Assembly: GCF_006345805.1 (NCBI RefSeq)
Contig: NC_043020.1
Location: forward strand, 310,001-374,000
Source of the DNA: Octopus sinensis
Lineage: Eukaryota
Length of the DNA: 64,000 nucleotides
Direction: 5' to 3'
In this document: positions 37,891 to 50,095 of the stretch, piece by piece
Layout: each line of letters starts with the position of its first letter
Position numbering within the stretch: position 1 is the stretch's first letter
Notes under the pieces: generated by a model
Databases searched by the model: none
What the model saw: the letters and a program-made list of their open reading frames with translations, nothing else
Told to the model about the DNA's origin: nothing
Translations under genes and position numbers: made by a program

Positions 37891-38585
37891 AGAAAATGTA
37901 TAAATGAACAATTGTTTCAGATTTTAGCACAAGACCAATTTTTAAGGAAGGGAATAAGTCAATTACATTGATCCCAGGTACATGAGTAATACTTTATTCT
38001 ATTGGTCCCAAAAGGATAAACGGCAAAATTGACTTTGGTAGGGATGTGAAGAATCAGAAGAAATGCTGCCAATCAATTTTCCAGCGCAATAGCAATTCTG
38101 TCATTTCATGAGAAACAGACAGAATTTCATTCCCATAGTTCTTGTTTGCAATACAAACAACAATAACGACGGAAATTTCGTGATTCCTCCACTTCCCTGA
38201 TTCCCTCGTCCGTCAATCCTTACAGAAATACAATGGAAACACGAAAACTCCTTAATAGGAAGAGGGTCATCTTGAAAAACATGTTGAAATGAAAAAGCTA
38301 TGTGTGTGAATGAATAGAGGCAAAATTATGAAGCGGATAACCTAGAAATAGGTTGGGAGTTGATATCACTGAGTATCTCTGCCGAGTATTCAATTCTTTT
38401 GCTTTCTTTTACTTGTTTCAGTCATGTTGACTGTGGTCATGCTGGAGCACCGCCTTACATATGCCAACCGCTTAACAGACTATACTGGATGCTTTTATTG
38501 TGGCACCAGCATCCAGTGAAGTGAGTTTGTGTTAGCTTATCTATTCAACTGAGCAGGGGGATAGAAGATAGGGTTGTTGCTTTAA

Positions 38586-38805
38586 CCCTTTTGTTACTGT
38601 ATTTATTTTGAGGTGCTTTGTGTTTCTTTCAATTACTTTAAATATTACAAAGAATTTAGTAGAATAACTTAGTTATCATTCAGCTAGTGTTAGGAACATA
38701 AATTGTGAATAAGGTTTGGTGGAAGATTTTAATTCAAAACTTATGAAAACAAGACATTTGTACTCAGTGCCAGAGCCGGTTTCAGCCGGGTTGGTAACGA
38801 AAGGG
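38586..38805. mobile_element. piggyBac-like MITE D1, second copy
   Basis: TTAA flanks; same length as and high similarity to 14532-14751. Confidence 0.87.
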
Positions 38806-39475
38806 TTAAGTGAGGTGTTGAGGTTAAAGTATGATGAGAGGAGTTGAGACAGACTTACTGTTTTGGAGGAGATTTCATGGCTGTTTTTCATTTCGCTTTT
38901 GTGGAGAGTGGGGGTTGCTAGTGTGATGCCCCCAAAAAGAGAAAAGTTTGGTAGAGATGAGGTGCCAGAGCATACACACATATAGTAACATATCCAAAAA
39001 AGGTGAATAGACAAGAGCAAGGGTACAGAAGAATCAGGAAAAGTAAGGTTGCAAGAGTAAACATGAGGTTGGTAGGGGTTAGATGTTTATAGAGGATGAA
39101 TGTAGTGCAAGGTGAACTGGGGGGAGGGTGGGTAAATATCAGTGTGGTGTATGATAAGAATGAAGATTGGATGCCAACAGAGAGTAGCACAGGGGAGAGG
39201 GAACAGTGACTGGCAGTTGAGATGGTTATATGGTGAATATCAACAATTGGGCACATGAACATTACACATCCAGTGAAGCAGGTTTGCTTTATCTCCCTGG
39301 ATTTTTTTTTTTTTTTCATTATGTCTCACTGCCATGTAACATTAAAAGTTTGTAAACAAGCATCATGCTTTTCCTTCTAAGAGAACACCCTTTCATTGGC
39401 AACAGAGGTTCCAGCTCCCTGAACTTCCTCCTCCCTGATTTTACTCTGGCTACTGTATTTTGAAAACATCCCCTA

Positions 39476-39633
39476 CGTAGGAGTGGCTGTCTGGTAAATA
39501 GCTTGCTTACGAACCACATGGTTCTGGGTTCAGTCCCACTGCATGCCACCTTAGGCAAGTGTCTTCTACTATAGCCTCGGGTCAACCAAAGCCTTCTGAG
39601 TGGATTTGGTAGACAGAAACTGAAAGAAGCTTG

Positions 39634-39670
<37 letters not shown>

Positions 39671-39885
39671 GTATGTTTGTGTGTCTGTGTTTGTCCCCCC
39701 AACATCGCTTGACGACCGATGCTGGTGTGTTTACGTCCCTGTAACTTAGTGGTTCGGCAAAAGAGACCGATAGAATAAGTACTAGGCTTACAAAGAATTA
39801 GTCTAGGGGTTGATTTCATCGACTAAAGGCGGTGCCCCAGCATGGCCGCAGTCAAATGACTGAAACATGTAAAAGAGTAAAGGAG
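39476..39885 (+). mobile_element. Family-A SINE, full length
   Basis: Complete head, internal (TA/TATG)n and tail. Confidence 0.93.
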
Positions 39886-40860
39886 TACCACCGCTTAATA
39901 AGTTTACCTACATAACAAAAGTTATATCTACTACTTCTAGAAATCCTTTTGCACGTCTGGGAGTATTTATTTCCCATGCACACTTAATGTTTACTGCCCC
40001 TGCACGTATATATACATATGTATATATATATGTCAGTATGCTAAGCAGACATAGAATGATGATGATGATGATACACATACACACACATGCTCACACATCC
40101 ATCAATCTATCTACCCATGTATGTATATAATGAATGTAATGTAACGTATGTGTGTATGAACAAGAGAGTGAAAAGGAGAGGAGGGGATAAAAGAAAGACC
40201 ATTATCTTAGTTTAAGAAAATCTTTAATGTGATTTTCAAGAAATTTGCTGAAGAAAATCAAACAGAATCTGTAAATCTTATACGTAGATATCTCTCTTGT
40301 ACATCCACTTTCAAATAAATGGGTTTCTTTTTTTTTTTCCATATAAGTTTAAATAGACGGTATTTTGCCTTCAAGTCTAAATGGATGGTCTTTATCTTCT
40401 AGCTTTCAGTTATATGGTCTTCAGAATCCAAGTGAACATTTTGAATTTAAATTACCATTTTCATTGTTTCCAATAACATTTGCTTGCTCTCTCTTTCTTT
40501 CTATCTCTCTCTCTCTCTGTCTCTCTTTGCTACTATTCCTCCGTTTTTATACAAATTTATGATGTCGATAAGAATGATTTACTTAGCAAATTTCTGCGTA
40601 CACTGGAATAAATGCTATGTGAATATACAATGACTAGCTGCCATAAATGTAAATTTAACTGAAGTTTTGGAGGCTGGAAGTGTTTGATACTTGTCTGTTT
40701 AGTTCTACAATTTTGCTTCGTGCACACATCTACATCTGAGTTAAGTGTGAGCCTGTGTATGTATAGATATAATCCACATGAAATAAATGTCATTCAGAAA
40801 CCTGATATAGCTTTCTTCATAGTTTCTTTTTACTTATGAAACTCTACAGTCTTCTTCCTG

Positions 40861-40894
<34 letters not shown>

Positions 40895-41336
40895 ACTGGT
40901 GTTTTTTTTTTTTAAGTATAAATAGCATTTCGTGTTCCCATTGTCTGGTCTTGGAATGGTTCATTGCTGTGACTGATAGCAACTAATCAAAAGTTACTAC
41001 CTATTATAAAGTCTTGTTTGACATTAGACAACCAATGATAACACTGTAAATCCTATTTGAAATGAGATCTGAGTGCAAGAGTAGTCTGCTAAGCTGTGAA
41101 ATATTTTCTGTTTTTTTTCCGTATTCTTTTTCCCATTGATGCAAGTCGACGGTTTCTAGAAGAAGGAATAAAAATTCTTGCAATGTACTTTGTGGTTGGA
41201 AACTTGTCCATATGCCAAGTGGCAGAATCATCAGCTCTTTGGCAAAATTGCTTCGTAGCATTTCTTCCGATCCTGCTGAGGTCGTCCTTGCCTTTTATCT
41301 TTTTTGAAAGGAGGGGTGTATGATGAAATAGATACC

Positions 41337-41563
41337 TATTTCTTTTTTACCCACAAGGGGCTAAACATAGAGGGGACAAACAAGGACAGACATAGGTATT
41401 AAGTCAATTACATCGACCCCAGTGCGTAACTGGTACTTAATTTACCAACCCCGAAAGGATAAAGAGCAAAGTCGACCTTGGCGGAATTTGAACTCAGAAC
41501 GTAACGACAGACGAAATACGGCCACGCATTTCGCCCAGCGTGCTAACGATTCTGCCAGCTCGC
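41337..41563 (-). mobile_element. Family-B SINE inserted antisense into a family-B SINE (host 41215-41645, +)
   Basis: Host continues on both sides; atac flanks the insert. Confidence 0.85.
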
Positions 41564-41860
41564 ATACTAGTTGATTACTGGGGTCGATGTAATCGACTTG
41601 CCTCCTACCCCTAAATTTGCTGGCTTTGTGCCAAAAGTTGAAACTATTAGGTGGTGAGTTGGCAGAGTCAGTAACTCAATGGGGAAAATACTTTATGGCA
41701 TTTCTTTTCAGCTCTTTACATTCTGTGTTGAAATGCTACTGAAGTTAACTTTGCCTTTCATCCTTTCAGGGCTGGTTAAATAAAGTTTCTGTCAAGTACT
41801 GGGGCTGTTGGTGTCCTCTAACTCTTTCTCCACAAAATTCCTGGACTTCAATCAAAAGCA

Positions 41861-41914
<54 letters not shown>

Positions 41915-41994
41915 GTAGTGAGCTGGCAGAATCATTAGCACACTGGGTAAAATGCATCCCCTCCCCCAAAATGTCAGGCCTTATGCTTTGAGTA

Positions 41995-42223
41995 AAAAGG
42001 ATTTGGCACGTAAAAAGCACCATTTAAGCATGGCCATTGCCAGTACTTGCCTGACTGGCACGTAAAAGCACCCACTACACTCTTGGAGTGGTTGGCGTTA
42101 GGAAGGGCATCAAACTGTAGAAACTCTGCCTGATCAGATTGGAGTCTAGTGCAGTTTGCCAGACCTCTGTCAAATCGTCCAACCCATGCTAGCATGGAAA
42201 GCGGACGTTAAACGATGATGATG
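41995..42223 (+). mobile_element. Family-C retroposon
   Basis: Units, body and gatgatgatg tail; an inverted older copy lies at 42330-42515. Confidence 0.88.
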
Positions 42224-42840
42224 GTGTGCACAATTGCATTACATTTGGAATCAATGCTCTTGGTACCAGGTCATAACTAGTTTCCTTAGATTTCGGGGTC
42301 TTTTTGAATAATCTTTGCTGCTCCTTTCATCATCTTAATCATCATCATTTAATGTCTGTTTTTCCATACTGGCATGGGTTGGACAATTTGACAGGAGCTG
42401 GCAGGGTCAGGAGTCACACCAAGTTCCCTTGCCTGTTCTGGCATGATTTCTACAGCTGGATGCCCTTCCTGTCTCCTACCATTTCACAGAGTGTACTAGG
42501 TGCTTTTTTATGTAGCACCAAGGACATAATTCTATATTGATGTATTTCTCGTAGTTACTTCAATCTCATTAAGGAAACAACCAAGTCTGTTAGCAACAGT
42601 ACCTAGAGCACCTACAACTACTGGAATTACTGTTGCAGAAACTTTCCACAGTCTTTGAATTTCCCTCACTAAGTCTTGATATTTTCTTTATTTTACTCCC
42701 TGTTCTTTGAACACTACATTCAACATCATTATCATCATCATCATCATCATTTAGCATCTGCTTTCCATGCTGACATTGGTTAGGTGGTTTGACTGGAGCT
42801 GGTAAGCCAGAGAGCTTCACCAAGTTCCAGTCTGATTTGA

Positions 42841-43280
42841 CATCATCATCATCATTTATCATCATTTAGCGTCCGCTTTCCATGCTAGCATGGGTTGGAC
42901 GGTTCAACTGGAGTCTGGGAAGCCAGAAGGCTGCACCAGGCCCAGTCTGATCTGGCAATGTTTCTACGGCTGGATGCCCTTCCTATTGCCAACCACTCCG
43001 TGAGTGTAGTGGGTGCTTTTTACGTGCCACTGGCACAGGTACCAGGCAGGGCTGCCAAACGGCCATGATCGGATGGTGCTTTTTACGTGCCACTGGCACG
43101 GGGGCCAGGCAAGGCTGGCAACAGCCACGATCAGATGGTGCTTTTTACATGCCACTGGCACGGAGGCCAGTCGGGCGGCGCTGGAAACAGCCACGTTTGG
43201 ATGGTTCTTTTACGTACCACCGGCATTGGTATCACAGCTACAATTTCCATTGATGTTGATCGATTTTGATTTTGATTTTC
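42841..43280 (-). mobile_element. Near full-length family-C retroposon
   Basis: Minus strand: gaaaatcaaaatcaaaatcgatcaacatcaatggaaattgtagctgtgatacc leader, 3-4 units, body, (GAT)n tail. Confidence 0.88.
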
Positions 43281-43449
43281 TAATAATTTTGATACTTCTA
43301 ATAATTTTATTGACAGTGACTCTGAAGTTTCACTGGTCATCAACATTAATAGTATGTGTGTATATGTGTAAATATATTTATATACATTCGTGTGTGTTGT
43401 TGGCATCCTTTTTGTCTTGGGAGACAATGGAGTTGCACATAAAATAATC

Positions 43450-43760
43450 TAGTCCGGCTTTTACATTTCATGCCCTAATACATTTCCTGCTGTGGCTGTG
43501 TTTGAAATTTTTGAAATGGTTCTACCTTTCCTTGTTCCAATTTTTTCCCGTGGCATCATTGTCAGAAGCCTGCAGAATCTTCTGGATGGTTTGTGCTGGA
43601 GTGTCACCAAGCTTTTGCTAAAATCTGATGCAATATCTCTTCTGAACGTGTTTGGTGGAAACAAAAATCTAATGAGTACACACTACACAGCTGTACTCTA
43701 GGTGTAATAGCCAGGAACTGACATGACCTACCAGCATGAAACTTTCCATTGCATGTGTAA
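43450..43760 (-). pseudogene. Possible old CR1/L2 LINE fragment
   Basis: Minus translation LHLEYSCVV...KHVQKR resembles PHLEYAxxVW...ERVQRR; heavily degraded. Confidence 0.35.
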
Positions 43761-44639
43761 GAAGGGTGGTGTCACTTTTCACCTGAAGGATTTTGTCTAT
43801 ACAGCATTAGGTTTGCCAGGAAAAAATAAATTCAGATACGTTTTGAATGTACCTCATATATAGTAGGGTAGTGTAGCTTATAGAATCGAGTTAAAAGTAA
43901 TTTAGAAAGCTATTAAACATGAAAACAAAAAGAGAAATTGGTATTTTTATCTCAAATTATACAATTTCAGCTTTAAAAGCTCCCTTATTAAGTAAAAAGA
44001 AATTATAACTGAGCTTAGCTCTGATCTGTTTAGATATGTGGTAGAATGATTGGGGATGTGGTGAGTGGAGCAAAATATTCAGATTGCTAGTGTAAGATAA
44101 GCCAATTTGCTTTGTGTGCAACTTTTGAATGCTGTTGATAGTGTGTTGTTCATTGTTTAATAGCAATGGCCTTCTTAATTTTCAGGTTTCAAATGTTCCA
44201 TTTTGCGGCTTTGATGGTGACCATGAGATCGCAGTCATCATCGGAGCCATAAAACAGAATAATGGAAATTTGAGCAAAGTGGCTGCTGCTGCTGCTGTTA
44301 TTATTATCATTATTATTATTATTATTGTTGTTGTTGTTGTTGTTGTCATAAAACAATTAAAGTTTGCCATCAACGAGGGACATGTGTTGCATAATGCTAA
44401 TTGGCTAATTTAACATGTCAAAATCGCACGTGTTGCATTCCCCAATTCCCTCATATATCTTTACTAATCGCTCCTAAACTTAATCCCCAATTATTCTTGA
44501 TAAAGGGGTTTTTAAACCAAAATATTCTAATATAACATAAAAATGTAAAATTTTTTTTTAATATTGCTATTGTTTGTATTCTTTTGCATTGTAGCGGATT
44601 TCTAAATCACCTTTAAATATGCACGTGTCCACTTGTTTG

Positions 44640-44660
44640 TATGTATGTATGTATGTGTGT

Positions 44661-44713
<53 letters not shown>
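44640..44713. repeat. (TATG)n(TG)n microsatellite
   Basis: Seen directly. Confidence 0.97.
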
Positions 44714-44716
<3 letters not shown>

Positions 44717-45330
44717 ATTTTATTTCATTCTTAATGAGCAGAGCTTTTATTTTTTTTTTCCAAAATATAAACGTTTTTGTCGAATACCTTTACAGCTTAT
44801 CGTTTTCACCTGTATTGTCACATATATACTCTTTAAACATTCTGCATTAAACTCTTCGTCTGATACTAGTTACCTGCTGATGACTGTACTTCCTACATAC
44901 CTCGAAGATATCAGAAAGAATGCAAGTAAAATTAGATATCACAAAAGACATATTTCTTAGCAATAATTTAAACTTTCTGCTGCTATCTCATCATTATCAT
45001 TAAATTATTTCTCTGTCTAGATTACTGCTAGTTTTGCATTTATATCTCATTAGTCATTTTTTATTTTCCTGAGCAAAAAACAAAACTTATTCCCCACTTC
45101 TTGTTAAAAGAATTAGAAATCATATACTCGTTTCTGGGTTCTGTTGCTATTAACCAAGTAATATCTACAACAACTGTCCATAATATTTTCTCTCTTTGTT
45201 CATAAGTTAAAAAATGATTTAAAGAAAGTATTGACTTCCTTAACCCTTTAGCATTCAGATTATCCTGTCAAGAGTAATGCTTATTTATTCACACTGTTTT
45301 GAATTAATCATGGCCTTATCTTGTAGCTTT

Positions 45331-45622
45331 TACTCTTTTACTTGTTTCAGTCATTTGACTGTGGCCATGCTGGAGCACCGCCTTTAATCGAGCAACTCGA
45401 CCCCGGGACTTATTCTTTTGTAAGCCCAGTACTTATTCTATCGGTGTCTTTTGCCGAACCACTAAGTAACGGGGACATAACACACCAGCATCGATTGTCA
45501 AGCAATGCTAGGGGGACAAACATAGACACACAAACACACACATGCATATATATATATATATATGTAATCAACATTCGTATCTTCGCGCCATCTTGAAGCC
45601 TTTCCTCTCTAATACACATGTG

Positions 45623-45662
<40 letters not shown>

Positions 45663-46316
45663 TACAAGCTGTGAATTTCCGAGCGCGAGCAAGATAGGTG
45701 TTTGAATTGCTATTTTCAATTCTTTACTGACCATTCATAATTTTATCAAATTTCTCTATCTGTCTATCTTATCTAATCTTATTCATTTCATTTCATTTCA
45801 TTTCTCCTCGTATGTAATCAACATTCGTATCTTCGCGGTGCACCCGCCCTACCCACCCCCACCACCAATACCGGATATCTATATTTTTGCTCCATCTATA
45901 CCGGATGTCGCTTCTCCCACCACCATTATAGGTGTCTACTCTTCGAACCCCCCCCTCTTCAATACGCTATTTCACCATGCATTACCCCTCTCTCGATATC
46001 CTACGTTCTACTGCCTAGAACCTGTCATCATTTCTCTGAACCACCCCTCCCCACTGGTGCTCCCCTATATTTCTGCACCCCCCCCCCCCACATAAAAAGC
46101 ACCATCCGAACGTGGCCGATGCCAGACCCCTCTGGCACCTGTGCAGGTGGCACGTAAAAAAAACACCCACTACACTCGCGGAGTGGTTGGCGTTAGGAAG
46201 GGCATCCAGCTGTAGAAACACTGCCAGACTAGACTGGAGCCTGGGGCAGTCCCGAGCTCCCCAGACCCCGGTCGAAACCGTCCAACCCGTGCTAGCGCGG
46301 AAAACGGACATTAAAC

Positions 46317-46349
<33 letters not shown>

Positions 46350-46508
46350 ATGACGGGCTTCTTTTCAGTTTCCGTCTACCAAATCCACTCAGAAGGCTTT
46401 GGTTGGCCTGAGGCTATAGTAGAAGACACTTGCCCAAGGTTCCATGCAGTGGGACTGAACCCGGAACCATGCGGTTGGTAAACAAGCTACTTACCACACA
46501 GCCACTCT
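45331..46508 (-). mobile_element. Family-A SINE split by a ~790-bp nested insertion
   Basis: 3' half at 45331-45560 and 5' half at 46350-46508. An unknown segment (45561-46090) and a family-C copy (46091-46349) lie between them. Confidence 0.85.
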
Positions 46509-47019
46509 AGAATGAATGATATTGTAGGACTGGTGTAAAAGGCTTGATCTGACGGATTGAATGTAAATCAGGTAGAACACTGTGGCTGGATGTAGCCAGT
46601 TTAAATGCTAGAGTGTTAACCCTTTTGTTACCATGTCTCTGTTGATATGCACAGACTATGTTTCAGTCAATTTTGAAAATAAACATTTTTATTTGTTTCT
46701 GTCATTGGAATGCAGCTTTCCTGGGGCACCACCCTGAAGGGTTTAGTTGTACAAATTAATCCCAGTACTTATTTTTCAAGTCCAGTACTGATGTTATTGG
46801 TCCCTTTTGCCAAGCAAACAAACTTCTGTTGTCAAATGGTTTGGGTATTAACACAAGGACTCACACACACACAACACACACACGTGTATGTGAAGAGTTT
46901 CTGCACAGTTTCCACTTACCAAATTCATTCACATGACTTTGGATAGCCTGAGGCAATATTAGAAGACACTTGCCCAAGGTCAGGTATTATATATATATAA
47001 GGCGGCGAGTTGGCAGAAA

Positions 47020-47419
47020 CGTTAGCATGCCGGGCAAAATTGCGTAGCTGTATTTCGTCTGCCTTTACGTTCTGAGTTCAAATTTTGCCGAGGTCGACCT
47101 TGCCTTTCATCCTTTCGGGGTCGATTAAATAAGTACCAGTTACGCACTGGGGTCGATGTAATCGACTTAATCCTGTTTGTCTGTCCTTGTTTGTCCTTTC
47201 TGTGTTTAGCCCCTTGTGGGTAGTAAAGAAATAGGTATTTTGTCTGTCTTTACGTTCTTTGTTCAAATTCTGCCGAGGTCGACTTTGCCTTTCATCCTTT
47301 CGGGGTTGATTAAATAGTACCAGTTATGCACTGGGGTCGATGTAATCGACTTAATCCGTTTGTCTGTCCTTGTTTGTCCCCTCTGTGTTTAGCCCCTTGT
47401 GGGTAGTAAAGAAATAGGT
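47020..47419 (+). mobile_element. Family-B SINE head-to-tail dimer inserted in a family-A SINE
   Basis: Full copy at 47020-47237 plus a 5'-truncated copy at ~47237-47419; the host resumes at cacaattgaactg. Confidence 0.88.
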
Positions 47420-48698
47420 ATCACAATTGAACTGATCCTGATCTCGTTTGGTTGCAAAGTGAGTTTTTTAATCACACAGCCATGTCTGAAAAATTTAAAT
47501 AAAATAATTTTCTCCTTATTAAGCCAGTGTTTGGAACATAAAGCAACGTAGAGATGGAAGGCTTTAATTAAGACCACTTTAAATCAGTAAGTTCATACAT
47601 ATCGTAGGAAGTAGAGGAAGTCTCAGGTGGTGGTGGATTGGTATCAAAGGGGCTGTGTGTTTAAATTCTAGCAGTTTATTGTTCTGTGGGGCTTGTCTCT
47701 TCATATATGTAGTGTGACTTGATGAAAGGAAAATTATATAGGGAAGTACTATTCAGTTGTAACAATAGGTATGAGCCTGACCCACATGAAAACTGTTCAA
47801 GTGATAGTAAGTAAGTAATTGTTAATCCTTTCAATGTCCATAGCTGCTGTTAAACTTGGTTGATAAGGATAGCTACATATAACCACTCCAACTTTGAAAT
47901 CCTATTGTTAACGATTTAACCTTTTCATGTTCACAATTGCTGGCAGCATTCATAATGAAGATTGTGTGCGATGATTATTCTTAATTTAAATTCGGTCTAT
48001 TCACGGGTAAATAAAACACAACAATAGGAAATCATAAAGTGATGTTGACCTGTTTTCAAGTAAATGTACCGAAGACAAAATGTTTGGTTGCACCAGACGT
48101 ACATGAAAGCGTTAATGAAATATCTTCCTTTTAAGTAAATATTAAAAATAAAGAATCAAAACAAAAACAACGAAAAAAAGAAAAGAAAAATCAGTTGTTT
48201 GCCAAACTGTGAATGTTCTAAAATGTATGGAAGGAGACAGACACTTAGATGATTGTTAAGACTAATACTTTGTTCACAATTATCTAACAGTTTAGATAGA
48301 TATTTTAGCCATAGAATTACAGTAAAATGTCTCTGAAAATACGTCATTTTAATAGTATGTTAAAAGCATAGGTGGAAAGGTAATGAATGACTACTGCTAT
48401 TTCAAATTTATTATTAAATAAAATCATTATATCATTTCAAGGTGATCATTGTTATGAATCCAAGTCTTGAATAACATTGTTACTTGTCGGAAAACAATTT
48501 TCTAGAGTTTTATGCAAATATTGGATGGCTGGTTTTCAATCTGGACATTAATAAACTTCTATATCCAGTTTTCTGTCTGGGTATAGTGTTTCAGTCCTAC
48601 TCCATAGCAGCTTGGGAAAATGTCTCCCTCTATAGCCCCAGGTCAGCCAAAGCCTTGGCAGTCGATTTGGTTGGTAGGAACTAAAAAAAGCTCATTGT

Positions 48699-48741
<43 letters not shown>

Positions 48742-48954
48742 TCCTTGTCTTAACATCATGTGATAGTTGTAAAATGATTGTCATAGAGGCAGTGGGATTC
48801 CTTTCCAATGTTCTACATGAACATACTTGGTCATAGAGGAAATATTACCTTGCTTTGAAACAGATAAGGGTTGGTAACTGTAAGGACATCTGATTGAAGA
48901 AAAATCTGCCTTAAGTTCTGTCTGATCCATGTCAGCATGGAAAAATGATAAAAA

Positions 48955-49127
48955 TCACCCACTACACTCACGGAGTGGATGGCGTTAGGAAGGGCATCCA
49001 GCTGTAGAAACACTACCAGATCAGACTGGAGCCTGGTGCAGCCTCCTGGCTTCCAAGACCCCGGTCGAACCATCCAACTCATGCTAGCATGAAAAACGGA
49101 TGTTAAACAATGATGATGATGATGATG
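48955..49127 (+). mobile_element. Family-C retroposon body
   Basis: cacccactacactcacggagtgg...gatgatgatgatgatg. Confidence 0.9.
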
Positions 49128-49231
49128 TCTATAGAATATAAGAAGCATATTTCATTACAGAGTAGTTTTCTTAATTGTATTCAGATTGATCATTTGAAGT
49201 TAGATAAGCAAATGAATTTTAGTTACACATA

Positions 49232-49611
49232 CACTACCGTCAGAAATTAATTAGCACCCTTGATTTGCTCTTCACTCAAGGTATGTGCTGTCACCTAGTG
49301 GCCATATCTCGAACTATTGCTTTGTTGCGAGTTCACTGTTGCGCAGAACGATGACGTAACTTTGTTTGCAGAGCAGTTTGAGAGTCTACAGCCTTATGAT
49401 GTTGACATAGCAGTGCAACAACAACTTGGAGTGCGGATGCAGACAAATCTTCCTTTGTTTAATAGATATAGGTAGCGCCTCGCAAGGATCGAAATCACAC
49501 CATACTAAGTTTTCTCATCGCGTAAGACGTTTTGAACAGCCCATAGGTTAATTGATTTAACCTATTTAATGTAGAAATTTGAGAAGTGCTAATTAATTTC
49601 TGACGCAAGTG
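49232..49611. mobile_element. Tc1/mariner-like non-autonomous element (380 bp)
   Basis: TA-CACTACCGTCAGAAATTAATTAGCAC ... GTGCTAATTAATTTCTGACGCAAGTG-TA: ~26-bp TIRs with TA duplication. Confidence 0.88.
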
Positions 49612-49733
49612 TATTTGGTTATTACTTTTAGCTTTTTTTTTTCTATTTCAATATCTATGACAAAATCATTTTGTTTCTGTTGATTGTATCCTGAAAAAAC
49701 TTAGCTTCATTTAGAAACATATATATCTTTATA

Positions 49734-49770
<37 letters not shown>

Positions 49771-49831
49771 AATATTAGGGAATAAATCCAAATTTAAATC
49801 ATAATTTGAAACTGACTTGAAAATTGGAAGT

Positions 49832-49874
49832 CCACCTGAAGATTGTCGATCAGGACAAGAAACAATTGTAGTGG
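49832..49874 (+). ncRNA. Minimal type I hammerhead ribozyme, intact core
   Basis: CCAC-CTGAAGA-TTGTC-GATCAG-GACAA-GAAAC-AATT-GTA-GTGG: stem I 4 bp, stem II 5 bp, palindromic stem III (ACAATTGT), GUA cleavage triplet. Confidence 0.75.
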
Positions 49875-49980
49875 CGGTTTTTTTGACTTTTTTTTTGATT
49901 TTTTTGACTTTTTATTAAAATTTTATGTATTGATTAAGTCTTTCCTTGTTTGTTTTGCAAAATAGTGGTTTTGTCTCTAA

Positions 49981-50011
<31 letters not shown>

Positions 50012-50036
50012 TTGTATTTATGTGCCCATCTGATAT

Positions 50037-50095
50037 ATTCAACTGATGAAGGCAGAGCTTATTTGAAGCAAAGCTAGAAATCCAGGATCTTGAAT
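50037..50095 (+). ncRNA. Type I hammerhead ribozyme motif, intact core, imperfect stem II
   Basis: ATTCAA-CTGATGA-[AGGCAGAGCTTATTTGAAGCAAAGCTA]-GAAA-TCCAGGAT-C-TTGAAT: stem I 6 bp, self-complementary stem III, AUC triplet. Confidence 0.62.

Noticed and set aside
42555-42660. Open frame VTSISLRKQPSLLATVPRAPTTTGITVAETFHSL after an acceptor-like site
   Set aside because: No convincing donor or family match; it lies among retroposon debris.
44129-44413. ORF VSNVPFCGFDGDHEIAVIIGAIKQ...
   Set aside because: Runs into trinucleotide repeats, has no strong donor, and shows no homology.
44877-44925. Other CTGANGA...GAAA matches (also 3503, 26934 and minus-strand 40420)
   Set aside because: Stem I or stem II cannot form, so they are not called as hammerheads.
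48070-48135. Minus-strand exon candidate EDISLTLSCTSGATKHFVF
   Set aside because: AAG acceptor and weak gtacat donor; not distinguishable from chance.
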